From positions 45,138,001 to 45,202,000 of the forward strand of contig CM052817.1 in assembly GCA_028534125.1 (NCBI GenBank): 64,000 nucleotides of DNA, in the 5' to 3' direction. Shown piece after piece: positions 39,633-53,284 of the stretch. The position numbers and the translations under genes were made by a program. The notes beneath the pieces are model-generated. The model had not been told where the DNA came from. It saw nothing but the letters and a program-made list of their open reading frames with translations, and made no database searches. Every line of letters begins with the position of its first letter. Positions within the stretch are counted from its first letter, which is position 1. This stretch comes from Lama glama (taxonomy: Eukaryota).

Positions 39633-41138
39633 ACAGCACAACTTCTAAACCTTCTCTGAACTATTTAAGTGTTTTTGTTTTTACCCAATTGCAGGCAAAA
39701 TTGGGAGGCCATAGGAATTTGCCAACTGTTGTCCTATCTTATCTTTTATTCTTGCATTTTCTTCCTGTCCTAGGGATTGGAATCTCCTGTTCTCAAAGTG
39801 TCTCTACCAAATCTACAAAGATTCTGATGTTGGTCATTTACACTTTAAATTGCTACAGTACTCTTTAGACTCTAGAGATAACCCTGATGTCATTGGTTTT
39901 CAACACTCAGGTGGTTTCCAGAGTGAAGGAGATAGCCCAGATTACAACAATCATTCTATACTGGAAAATTCTTAAAGGAATGGCCTCAGAAAAGGACTGT
40001 TTAGCAGGAAATTTTAAAAAATCCATCAGTTTTCTTCACAGTTAAATCAGAGTCTCCTTCAAGTGGAAATAGCTGCATTGACAAAGAATCTCCAGAGAGT
40101 GAATTGGTAGACAGGATAAAGAAAGAGCACAAATTAGAAACTAAACTATGCCAACGAAGCAGACAGCTGTAATTTAAAATGCTGCAGCAACTACTCAATT
40201 TGATTACGGCACAACTGATAGAGATTCACTCAGAGATTTTAGTGGTGCTTGTATGCAGCAAATGAAATGAAAAATTTAGAGCTGACTCAAGGCAGGAAGC
40301 TAACTGACTCAGTGAAACAGAAGTTATCTTCTGTTAGACAACTTCTGTTGTCTAAACAGAAGTTAAGACTATCTTGTTTAGACAAGGTTGAAAGGACAAA
40401 GCATATGACCTGACAGAAATCTTTCTATGAACTGGTTGCACTGAACCTTTTAAGATTTGCACAAATCTTGAAACTGGAAGAAAGAAGAATGATATTAAGC
40501 ACAAGAGAAGTGAGGATTTGTTTATTAAAACTTAACAAACAATCAAACAGCATCTTACAGGCTTAGAGCAGTGGTGTGCTGGCAAATGATTAACAACTGT
40601 CTCTCTGGGGGATAAAAATCCAATTTGTGGTTTTTGCCGTAATATCACTAAACACGGAGTTGGAAAGAGATGTGTAGCAGCACACCATGCATAGTGTTTC
40701 CTCCACAGACAGAATAGGCATAAATATCCTCAAGAGCATAGATAATAATATAGTAAAATAATTAGAAAGTGTTGGGTTTAGAGTCCTTGTTACCTATGTT
40801 TTTAATATAATTTATTGAATTGTAAGTTTATATAATTTAATTTTTAATAATGGTCATATTTAAAAACTAGATCACAAGATCCCTAAAAATTAATAACCCA
40901 CTCCAGCACACCACTAGGCATGAAAACTAAATTAGAAGATAAAAAGAAGCAGACACAGGGGAATCTTGTAGCACCAGAATGACTATATTACTGTATTTAT
41001 AGAAATAACACAGAAACATTAAGAAATGTTGAAAAATGAAAGTGGAAATAGAAATCCTGGTGCTTACAATTGTAAAGTATCACAGGAATTTTTCTACATT
41101 GTACTGCATGTAGGGAAGTATGTGTATTGTTAAAGAAT

Positions 41139-41602
41139 TGTTGACTGAAATAAATGTTGTGAGTTATGTTTTATTTGGTGGGAAGACCCGAGCCGGATGA
41201 CAGCCTCTCAGATCGCGCTGAGGGACTGCTCTGAAGGGGTAGGGGAGGAGCTAGGATATATAGGAGCTTTACAACAAAGACCAGGTAGTTGGAACAATAA
41301 AAGATTGCTTGTTATCTAAAGAAAGCCAGGCATCTCAAATTAAAGAATTTAGTGCTTTTCTGTGTGTGGGAGGAGGCAAACATTTGGGCTCATTGAATTC
41401 ATTCCTTTGACAAGCACCTAGCTATCTAGGGCCAGTGTCCTGTCCTTTATTATTCTGAGTCCCCTCGGAGTGCACCATTGTGAGTGGCTGCAGAGGCTGG
41501 GATGCAGGCTTGTCTTCACTGGGAGGTGGCGGCAGCCGCTGATGACTTGATGGTTTCAGCATTCTTTGTTTACTGATACGGTTTGCAGTATTTTTCATTC
41601 AC
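41139..41602. mobile_element. Probable ERV solo LTR
   Basis: TGTTGACTGAA...TTCATTCACA termini; higher GC/CpG than the flanks. Confidence 0.5.
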
Positions 41603-41992
41603 AAAATCCAGGAAAAAAAGTAAAAGGAAATACTCAAACAGATGGGGCTGTCATCACCAAAGCATGTGCTAGAATGAGATGAAGAAATAGGAGAAAAGGA
41701 AGAAAGCATGCAGCTGGGCAAAAACAGAACAACCTGAGAGATTTAATGTGGCCTTTCTCTGATTTGGAACATTTTTTTGTACTTTAGAGTCATGGACATC
41801 ACAAAAGCTTTTGTAGTAAGAAACAAAATTTAGAAATGTCAAGTTAATTCACTTGCTTTACAGACTTGCTGACTTTCGAGGGAGACTGAGAGGAGAAAAC
41901 ATTTCAAAATCAAAGTTAAGGAGCTAGGGAAACAATTGCTTTCACTTTTTTCTTATACTGCAGTCTTCCACTCTGAAAAATAGGTTAGCATT

Positions 41993-42617
41993 TGAAAGGG
42001 ATCAGGATGTGCCACCCTCCAATATGCCAATTTGGCACAAGGATTATTTTGAGCTGGAGGCAATTGAGAATCAACAGCTACAGAAAAGTTCTCTGCCTTC
42101 CCCTTATCTGCCTAAAAGCAGGCTGTAAATTTCCCTGTAGGAAGGTGCCTCCCCCCAACTGCACCCAGAGGAGAAGACCACTCTTATCACCAAAGACTGG
42201 GAGTCAACGCTGAGATGAGTTTGCATAAACGGACTTTACTAAAATAACCCTTACCTTCCACTAGTTCTCTCATAAATTTTCTAGTCACTTTGCCACAGTT
42301 TATCGTTCTTTGAATCTCAAACTCCCTTTCGTTTGTTAAAACGGAATATGAGCCCCCATGTCAAGCCACTTTTTTTTTTTTTTTTTCTAATGGAGGTACT
42401 GGGGATTAAACCCAGGACCTCGTACATGCTAAGCATGTGCTCTACCCCTGAGCTACACCCCCACTCCAGTCACTTTAACTTTTCTGTGAACTCCTGTGCA
42501 CATAAAAAAAATTAATAAATTTGTATTCTTTTTCTCCTGTTTGTCTTTTGTTGGTTAAATTTGCAGACTCCATTCACTAAACCTAAGAGGGTACAGGAAG
42601 TTTTCCTCCTCCACACA
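41993..42617 (+). mobile_element. Probable ERV solo LTR interrupted by a SINE
   Basis: TGAAAGGGATCAGG...AATAAA...CTCCACACA; AGCA-like flanks. Confidence 0.55.
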
Positions 42618-44694
42618 GCAACGTAACTCAGTGGCTTTCAAAGGTGGTCTAAAGGCTTAACTGTGCTTACTTGATGATGACAAATGCATATCCCGTCACT
42701 AATATCCATTTTCTTTCCATGACTGACATCACTAATCAAGCAGGATACCTTTTCCCACTGGGCAAAATATGGTCTCACAATCTCGACCCCGTATACAAGT
42801 TGTCATACAAAGTGACACCTGCTAGCCAATTCTGGCTAAGGCAAGTCATCAAAAAGACCTTTAAATGAAAATCTGTTAAAAAAATAAAAACCACAAAAAT
42901 TTAACGTGTTTATAAGAAACACACAGAAATCGTCTAACCTATCACTGCACAAAGTAATCAGCTGCTTAAAGTCAAACTTATGACTGCAGGGATTTCAAGA
43001 CCAAAAGCTCCTGCTGCACTAATTGCAAAATTTTCATCTAATACCCAAGGGCTTGAAAAAGATCCTAATCGTTATTTTATTTCCATTAAAGGCAATTGGA
43101 TAAGCAGGCCATTAACAGTAGGCTCAGCTTCTGTGCCTGTGCCCAACAGGAAACATTTATATTTCAAGGCTTTAAAAAACTTACATCATTTAGACATTGT
43201 CAATAGATAATCGGTGAGGCTAACGCAGTAATGAATGCTGAATAGATAAAACTTCCCCATCTGTAATTCTGTAACAGAGTTCAATGTACAGATATTTAAA
43301 ACACAACAATCCTCCAAGGTCATTCTCTATTCTAACAGCCTTTTAACAATGAATACAATTTTTTATTCATGTAGACTCACGATTCTCTCATAGTTTGAGT
43401 GTATTCCAATTTAATCAATTTGGGCAATTTCAATTATACAAGGTAGGAAAGATAGAAAGTAGAGACCAAAGCCCAAAACTTTCAAGGTTTTTCTTTTAAG
43501 TTCAAAGAATGGTAATGAATCAGATTAGTTGTATGAAGATCTGTTAGGTAATAAATGGTAGTAAAACTTTCAAAAATCTGTGACCAAAAATGGGTCCATT
43601 TTCATCCAAGACTCCACAAATCACCCCTGAGAATGCATTCAAATCAATCTGAACAAAAGTAACCTCCTTTCTGAAAGAAAAGAAGAAAAAGAAAAAAATT
43701 TATACAATTATCATAGGAGTATAAGCATCATCACATTAACATAAAGCAAATAAAAGTCAGAAAGAATGAACATTATGGTGAGCACAGCTCATTAGCGTAT
43801 TTATAAAAGAGGACTTCAAGTAAATGTTTCTTTACCCAAATGAACATAAATATGGTGGAGCAGTTAAACCAGAGATCCTGGCTTTTGTAGTGAAGACAGG
43901 AGCAAGCTGTGCTGTCCCACGCTCTGCGCCTTAAGGAGTCATCATTATCAACAGATCCTCTGTAAAGCTAAATATGGGTCAGAAGGGCTTACAAAACATT
44001 GTCAACGTTCCTGCCAGATCCTTTGAAAATGAGTTCTCTAAAAAAAAAATTGTTCCCTCCCAAATACTTGCTCACAAACACACACACAGGAGAGAAAACT
44101 TTAAAACTCAAAAAGAAGGAAACTCTGAGAACAAATGGACAAAATAAATATTTTTCTTTTAAAAGTTGAGTGCTTAAGTTTATTAAGTGGTATTTTAGCC
44201 CAAAGAGAAATCTGGGACTCAGGAAGTTACAGTTAGTGGACAGCAAACAAAAATGAACCATAGATACCCATGGGAAGTTGTTTATTTCTGTATTAACATA
44301 GATTAAATACCTAACCAGATAAAAATCCTTGTTGCAGTCACAACATATTTATCATCAATAAGCACTTGGTGGATAATATAAGAAAAGTTTTGGCCCATTA
44401 CTATTAATTGCACAAAATGCCCATGTTAATTAGTTACTTATAAGGGCATTCCTTTGAACATTTTGGAAGAAAGAGACATTTTGAAGGAAACTTCCTTTGG
44501 ATAATGAATGTTCCATATAAGTCACACATGACACCAAGCAGTTGTTCGTCTGTGCCCTTGGGTTTTGCAGTGAAGACAGGAGCAAGATGGCTGCTCCCTC
44601 TCCTTTTCTCAAGGGCTCGTCATTATAACCCCAGAGATAGCTGGGAGCAATCATCCCAGATCACTTTACATGGTGGTCCATGAACTTTGCTTTC

Positions 44695-44748
44695 TTGAAG
44701 GGATGCTATAATGCAATCCATTTGAAGGGATGCTATAATGCAATCCAT
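44695..44748. repeat. Perfect 27-bp tandem duplication
   Basis: TTGAAGGGATGCTATAATGCAATCCAT x2. Confidence 0.95.
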
Positions 44749-47700
44749 TCCATGGAATGCAAGCTCTTGATAATTTTTAAAGTCTCAGGCTTTAAAACTG
44801 ATTGCATGCAATTATTATTTGGTCAACGTCCCTAATTCTGTTAAATTTGTAATTACTCAAAGCAGATATTGATGTCTTTGAAGCAATGGGACAGAAGTTC
44901 TCAGACTTCTAATTTGAATATGAACAAATAAATAGAATCCATTTATCTAGTCAGTGTTTATGGAGTGCCTTCTATATGCCAAGCACTGATCTAGGCACTG
45001 GGATTCAATGACGGACAAGACAATTTTCCTGCCCTCATAGTGCTTACATTCATTCTAGGAGGTGTAGAGACACAAACAAATATCTGTAGACAGTGATTAG
45101 TGTTATGACATGAATAAAACAGCATGCTAGGATGGAGACTGCTGGGGTACTGGGGGGTAGGGTTGTTCTCCAATCACTGTCTCATTCCCACCCCACCTTG
45201 CCTCTGCTTCTTTCCTCTCTGCAGTGAACTTTCTCCACCTCTGTCCCATACCTGGTGAAGATGGTTACTCCATGGCCCTCCAGTTCACATCTTCCTGGTT
45301 TAAGAAGCTGAAAAAGAACACAAATACAAATTCCTGGAGCAGAGAGTTTGGCCCATTTTGGGTCAGGGGGTGCAGCCCCTAGTCCAATCAACTACAGTCA
45401 TTTAGAAACATTTAGAAAAGGAAAGATAAAGTTTACTTGCAAAGAATACAGGGAACAGGCTTCAGAACAGGCTTCCCAAATTACAAAACAGGCTTCACAA
45501 AAACGAAAACAAATCCACACAAGTATTTAAAGGAAAAGAAACTCAGATTACCAAGGTTATGACAGTTACACCAGTCTTCTCATGGCGAGGAAACAGTAAC
45601 TTTCCCACATGACTCTCAGGTTCACAAAGGTCATAATGTGTTTTATTAGATATCAGCATAGCAAAAATCATGGATAAAGTTATTTTGGCTAGGAAGTCCA
45701 GGTTTACAGGAAATATTCAAGGCTTTATTATTTTGGAAATCAGAACCAGTCAGAATGACTCCAATTTTTTGGTTTATCTCAGGGTGCAAAGCTTTGTTTG
45801 TCCTGAATTTGATATGTAAAGTGCTCAGTCACACTGGAAACAGGGCCAAGTGTCAGCTTTTGTGTCTACAATTCACAGGCTACAAATAGCAGCGAAGGCC
45901 CATCCCCACCTAAAGGAGGCACTTGGCGGGGCTGCTCTGAGCTGTACAGATTTCCAAAAGAAAATATTTACTGCTGCCAGAACCTGCTGAGCCTGGCTGA
46001 ATCTAACTGCAGAGCCATGGAAGACCACACTGCAGATTCCTGAGTCTTCACATCTGAGCAGCACTTTCTATAAAGCACTTTTTCATGCTTATTCATACAG
46101 TCAATCCTCAAAACTCTGGGGGGATAACCCTCCTCGTCTCTAGTTGATTATTCTCAGCTGCGTACGGTCATTAGTATTTCCTGTCTTGAAAATCTCTCAC
46201 GCCGGACCCCACATCCTAGTCCAGCTATGGCCCATTTCTCTACTCCCTATTAGAGCAAAACGTCCCAAAGGAGTTTTCTATGTCTGTTGTCTCCAATTCT
46301 TCTAGTGTTTACCTTTCTGAATTTTCTATTACTTGTAACTCATTACCTTAAATATTATTGCATAAACTCAATAATTTTTTTCATTGAATACTAGTAGTTA
46401 CTATGACTCAAGATTATTAAATTGTGAGAAAGAGTACAGTATGAGAAATCCATCACTGAATAGTAGCATATTGGACTAACTTTCAAATATGACCAAACAG
46501 ACTGAAGAAATTCTCATGTCCAAACCTGAACAAGGAAGCTACTTCTTTGAATCTAATATCTATACATTTTTTCATAACTGACTTACTTGTCCTAATATGG
46601 GAAGATTTGAGAGATTATGATTCAAGACAAAGTATATTATCTTAACAACCCAAGTATATGCTTTGTCATTTTTTTGAATACAAGATGCTTTTTAACTATT
46701 TATCAAGAAAAATATTAATGATAAAGATTAGACAATTTAAGTTATTTAGATACATGATGTATTAAATGAGATAGTTTAAAATGAGCTTCAAAATTCTATC
46801 TTTATCATATATTTATTTTGTATTTTTATTAGATATCTTAACTCCTGCTTTAATCCATGAGCAATATTAAACTATGTAGTGTTTATAATTTTTCTTAAAT
46901 AAAAAATAAACTTGAAATTTTGTGATGTTTTCCCATGTGTGAGCATACTGAATTGGGGCAATAACCTAGTGAGGTCAGTAGGGCCAAACAATTCTTCCTT
47001 TTTTTTTTCTTTTATAAAGAGTTGGCAAAAATGAAATGCATATGATAAAAATGAAGATATAATATAGATCCCAAAAGCCTGCAGCAATGCTGAGGAACCT
47101 CACAAGTCTAAGTTTAAACTAAATATAGAAAACCTGCCCTTAGAAGTCCAAAAAACAACTGCATCATTATAGAATGGCTTAACCACTTAACCAGCACTTT
47201 TGGAAAACAGGCAAGGCAATGAGCCTGCAATTATATTGTATCTGCGATTATACTGTCTCCCAAAAAACTACTAAAATCTTAGACTGAATTGAAGACATGA
47301 TTTTTTGTGCTTGGCCAACATTTACTGAGCATTGTAGCAGCCTTGCTTTATAGGAGTCAGCAACTGTCAGACAAGGAAAGTACTCAGAACATGGAGGTGA
47401 TTGTTCTTTCCACTCAATTTGGGCACCACAGGCATTAACAGTTTATCCCAGGAACCACTAAAGAACACCTGAAGGAGCAGCGAAGATTGCTTAGAGAGCA
47501 GAATCAGGGATACACGTTTGCTGTTTGACTGCATGGCCCTAAAGACTCAAACTATGATCAGTGAACAGCGCCACAGGAAGATAGATTTCATCCCAATACA
47601 TAAGGCAGAAATTTGGAATGGTAGAAACTACCAAAGTTACAAAGGAGACATGAGAAAGGAAAGGGAACTTGGTACTATGTACCATATCATGTGGTTGACT

Positions 47701-50700
47701 TAATTATTGCCACATAAGAAATCATCCCCAAACTCAGTGGCTTAAAACAACACACACTTATCTCGTAGTGTCCGTGGGCCACGCTTCCGGGCATGGCTTT
47801 GCTGGGCCTTTGGCTTCGGGGGTCTCCCAGAAGGCACGGTCAGGAGTCGGCCAGGGCCGCAGTAATCTCCAGGTTAGCAGGGCAGGAACTGTGTCTAGGC
47901 TCACTCTGTGGTTGTGAGGCAGGACTAAGTTCTTTCTGGGCTGCTAGACCAAAGGCCTTAGTTCCTAGCCAGGTGTTGGTTGAAGTCTGCCCTCAGTTCC
48001 TTGTCAGGTGGCCTTCTCCTTCAGAGCAAGCACCTGTGAAGAACCAGGGAAAGTATGCCCCCAAAATGGAAGAAAATGGACAGAAATGAGAACTTCTTAC
48101 AGATTAAAACCAAAGTTGAGAGGTAGGATGAGTCTGAGATTTCTTGTTTGTGCATCAGGTAAGAGGATGGTGCCAATTCCCCTGAGATAAGCACACCAGA
48201 GGACCAGGTTTAGGAGGGTAGGAGTATAGATTTGGCTTTTAATGAGTTGTGTTTGAGGCACCTTTGCGATACTAGTTGTAGACAATGAAGTGGATATGCA
48301 GCTTCGAGAAGAGAACTGGCCTGAAGATACAAATTTTTAACACTAATCTCCAGATTATGGTTGGCTTTACACTGTTATATTTATTATTGACCAGTGTGAC
48401 AGTTACTCTGACTTATTTAGTTGTCCATTTGCAGGGAATCCCAGTCTGGAAAAAGTGAGGTTTAACACAAATCCTTTGTTGTTAAATTTACTACCCACTT
48501 CCAGTTGCACACAACACGGCCCCCCAACACACACCTTATTTTGAAAACCTCTGGCAGATTAAGAATTAAGGTTCAGGAAGATAAAAGTACGCGGCATCCC
48601 ATGATCTCCACTTCCTGTTGAGGGAGCGCACGAGGCACGGAACTCAGGGTGACCACTAGTTGTTGAGGGCAGACTTCAGCCAACTACCAGCAAGAAACTG
48701 AAGCCCTCAGATTCTACAGCTATAAGGAAATGAATTCTACCAACAACCTGAATGAGCTTTGGAAGCCAATTCTCCCCTAGTTGAACCTGCAGATGAGAAC
48801 AGAGCCTGGCTACCACCTGGATGGCAGCCTTGTGACCAAAAGCAGAGAATCTAGTTAAGCTGTGCCCTGACTCTTGAACCAGACTAGAGATAATGTGTGC
48901 TATTTAAGCCACTAAATTTGTGGTAATTTGTAATGCAGTAATAGAAACCTAGGTCATGCATATGCTCATCCTACTCTTAAACATGCTAATAACCATCTTT
49001 GCTGCAAAACAGTTGCCTACTTTTTTTGTTTTACAGACTTGGGCAACATCATTTGGGGTCAAGAACATAAAGGTTAAAAAAGAATCAAAGTCCATCCCGT
49101 GTGCACCTCAACAACTAACTTGCATCTCACCTTCTTCGTGATAATAGGCAACAAGCTACTTCACAGGGTACTGGGGGCCTGAAATGTCACAGAGAGGTGA
49201 AAGAACTTGTTAAGTGAAGAATCCCAAGATGGTGAGCTTTACCACTATAGATATGCCACTAGATTCAGAGAATAATAAGTTTATTTAAACAAATCTAGCA
49301 TTAAAAGCCAGAGCTGAAAAAAGACTAGCAAACCAGCTATTAGAACTCATGTGTTTACATTCTCATAGGTGGAAAACTGTGATTACAAAGTGGTGTCATG
49401 TTTTTGTAATGAGCAAAATCAAAAGTAATATATAATTGCAGCAAGGTCAACATGTAAAGCCTTTTCAAACCGAAACAACTAGTCACAATTGCGTAGCATG
49501 ACTATGGAAAAACCTATGTCTAGACAAAATGAGTTAATTTGCAGGAAGGGAAACCACATTTAAGACAGATATGTGTCACACTAATGTTTTTCTCTCTGGA
49601 AACATTTTCGTTTCGAAAGGTTATAGAAAATCCTAAAGTTTCTGAGTTGTAGAGGTAGAAAAATTACAAGAGTAACTTCTCGAGGGTTTCTGGAAGGGAA
49701 ACAAATCACTAATCCACAAAAAGGACAATTTAATAAAATAACCTGCATTAAAATAAAACCTTTTAAAGGATATAATGTACCTGTAAACACATCTTCTTCA
49801 GATACGAATCTTCTATTTGGTTAGCCGGGCAGATTTCTGCAATCACCAACCCCCAAAACCCACTTTAATCAGGTTCACTAATAAAGAACTAGTCTGCATT
49901 AGAAGAATAATGTATTTCATTAAAGCAGTTTGAAAAGAATTAAGTTTTCATTTTCCAAAATTGCAGTCAGAAATCAGTTTAAAGGTCATAGCTTGCTCAG
50001 TTTTCCCCTTAATTCCAAGGCTCAAATTTGCTCTGGGGTAAGATTATTTTGTTGCTTATTTAATACTTCTTAGGGTCCTTCCCCACCACTAACAGCTGAA
50101 CTGCCCAAAGGCTCAGTTCTTGGCTGCCTTCTCTCTACACTCACTCCCTGTAAGAACTTACCCTGCTGGGTGGACTTAAATTCCATTCTGTACTATTTTT
50201 TTCCAGCCCTAATTGACTCCAAATTTCTATATCCAACTGCCTACTGAATATTTGTGTATTTGTATGACAGTATCTACTTGGGTCTGATTTAGTAAGCCTA
50301 ACACACACAACTCTAGAGCTCACTGCAAACCTGCTCCCCCCACCTTCCCCCAGGAGTTACTCTTGACTTGTCTTGCTCCCCTACCCCCCAGACGCAGGCA
50401 ATTCACCAACAAGTCCTCTCAGATCTACCTGTGAAACATGTCCCAGATCCTACCAGTTTAGACGCCTCAATCCCTACAGCGTAGTCTGAACTACATATGC
50501 TTTTGTTCAGATGAGGGCAACAGCTTCCTACGTAGTCCCCCCGCCTTCTCTCTTGGCACCGCTCCGCCCACAGACAGTTCTCAACACAGTGGACCAGGTA
50601 ATCGATGAATATAAATCAGATCTGATCACTCCTTTGGCTTCCAGTTGAACTCAGAATAAAACGCACTCCTTTCCAGAAGCTACAAAGCATCTGACACTGT

Positions 50701-52355
50701 CTTATGTACCTGTTTACTGTCAGTTACTCCTCCAGAACTTGAGTTATATGGGGAGGGGACTGATTCCTAGCCCAAGTGCCTACAGCAGTACTCAGCACAG
50801 TATACACTCAGTAAATATTCACTGAATGAATCAATACATTTTTTCTTTAACAGTAAAGATTTTGGTTCTTAAGACCATTATGAGGCCCTCACCTGGCTGC
50901 AAACACAACTTTGAAACAAGGGTTGAATTTCCTAACAGCATAATTTCAAACCAAGGAACTGAACCCTTTAAAATGTGAGCTGTTACTTTACCTTTTGTAG
51001 TAACTTCGGGTGATTATTCTTTTCTTTCAGACGTGCTTGAGGTGTAAACTATACTTGAACAAAATTTCAAATAAGGCCAAGTCCGTTTTGTGTTTTATGA
51101 ATTCTCCACCGTTGTAGCTCTCCAGACAGGGAAACAGCCTTCAACGTGAGGGCCAACAAAAGGGTGGAGGAAAGAGCACGTGCAAAACCAGAGGAATGAA
51201 AAAAGCAGGCTGTATGCCAGGATCGCAAATATCTTGGTACGGTTCTAAAATATACTCGAAGGGAGCTAAACCAGAGAGCGGTGGAGCACAAAGGCTCTTA
51301 TTCAGCTGGCTGAGGGCTCCAGATAGCAGGCACCGGCAGTCTCTTTGGCTCGCACGTGCATCTTAGAAAGCTTACTGTTGGGAGTATGGAGGATGGCGGG
51401 GAGAAGCAGCGACCAACTGGAGGCTGAGAGACCGGTTTGGGAGGCTCTAGAAGCAATCCAGGCAAAAAAAATACCGCCCCCCCCCCAAATGATGGCCATG
51501 TTAAGATGTCTGTTGGGCTCCAGGCTGGACCGTGCAGCTGCGAGGCCTTCTTCTCTTCTCTATCCAGGCCAGCCTCAATGACTGAACTCTGGCAAACTAT
51601 CACTGATTTTGCAGATGTTTCCCTCTCAGATCTTTGGTATTCCATTATTTCTGGAAGTCTCATTCTTACTCCTGACCCCTTTTTCTTTTTCTTTGTAACA
51701 TTAGCCTGAGACGAAGTCATTAACCAGTTGTTCACCATGCGGTGTCAACTGGAGGAAAACTTCAGTCTGAGCTGGTCCAGTAAAAATCACATGGTCCTCA
51801 GATGGCAGGTGCCATCTCAGGGTGGCAGTGGTAGTGGTGGGAAGAGGCAGGAGTGCGCTGCAGCACAGGTGCTCTAACGCACAGCTATCTCCCCTTTCAA
51901 GACTTGTGAAGCCTCTCCTTTCAAAAGTCTGTGCTTCTTAGTGGACTGCTCAAACTATTCCTGAAGCCAGGAGGCAGATGATGCACATTATGCCCCATCT
52001 CATGCTGTCTTGCTACTTCTTTAAATGGAAACCACTGTGAAGAAAGAACTCCAACACTGAATTTAGAAACACTGGAACCCTTCTCCAACCTCTTCTGCTT
52101 TTGCTCCAATTAGCCCCCTCTGATCTTATGGAATCCTAGTTATTAGTTTTGAATAAGATTGCTTTTATTATTAAAAAAATTTTTTTAAATAAGATTGCTG
52201 TTAGCATCCAGTGATAGATAGCAATGTTCTTTTAGTAAGAGAAGGACTTCTCTCACCACTTTCCCTGTCTCATCTTATATGAAGAATAAAATACTTTTCT
52301 CAAAATCTAAAAAAGGGATCCATGACCAGGGATTAAGTGAACATAATACCTATTT

Positions 52356-52361
52356 TTTATT
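52356..52361 (-). terminator. USO1: USO1 polyadenylation signal AATAAA (3' UTR ~52340-53284)
   Basis: TTTATT on the + strand ~0.9 kb beyond the stop codon. Confidence 0.65.
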
Positions 52362-53284
52362 ATGAAAACATTAAATTTTGACACATTGCTTCATTGCTTT
52401 TTAAAAATCTATTCTCTGACTTAAATCTATTCAGCAAAAATGCCAATAAATTATATAAACCATAGTTTGAGTCTTTTAAAACTAGAAACGTAATATGTTT
52501 TATAATAATCAAACAATAATACTAAATCTGACTTGTATGAGCTGTTAACTTGTAATCTGTTTCAATGTTTACCTTAAAATCAAACCAAACCAAACACATG
52601 CCAATACACTGCTACAAAAGTTTCTCAGGAACGCCCTCCTCTTCACTGTGGGCCAGCATCCTTCTGCTTCTTCACTGAGGTACAGGTTGCAGCCATCTCA
52701 AGTGTCAAGGCACTCACTCTAAACTGTCCTATCCTGCTCATCTCAAGAGTCACGCTACATGGAGGGCTGATGACATAATATCCCCCAGACCATGCTACCT
52801 TGCCTTTAAGTATATCCATTTCTTTAGAAGGAAGTCATTGGCTAAGAACTCCAATATCAAATTTAGAAACAATGATTCCAACACACATTACATCAAACGT
52901 GTTAGTACTTAAAGTCACAAATTCTGAAAAGTAAATATTGCAGACAAATACAGAACTTATATAAACCAATGAACTAAGGCAAATAGCACTGCCACCACAT
53001 GCCTTGAATTGTTGTATTTTTGGTGTCTGTAGCTCTTTGCAAATTATATTTTGGGACATTTCAGATGAATTTCAATAAAAGATGTGTGTCTACATAAAGT
53101 TAGAGTAATAGGATTATCAACACAGGTGGCATCATTTAAAAAATACATCAATAGTCATATTAGTGAATGTTTTCCACTTGGTTTCTAAATCTTTCATTTT
53201 CTGTGGAGGCAAACCAAAGCACTGTCTTAAGACTCTATCTTCAAAGTCATTACATAATCTCTGTCATCCATGGAGAGTTTAAAG

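Noticed and set aside
43880..43950. C/D box snoRNA (ATGATGA on the minus strand)
   Set aside because: No D box CTGA or terminal stem at a suitable distance
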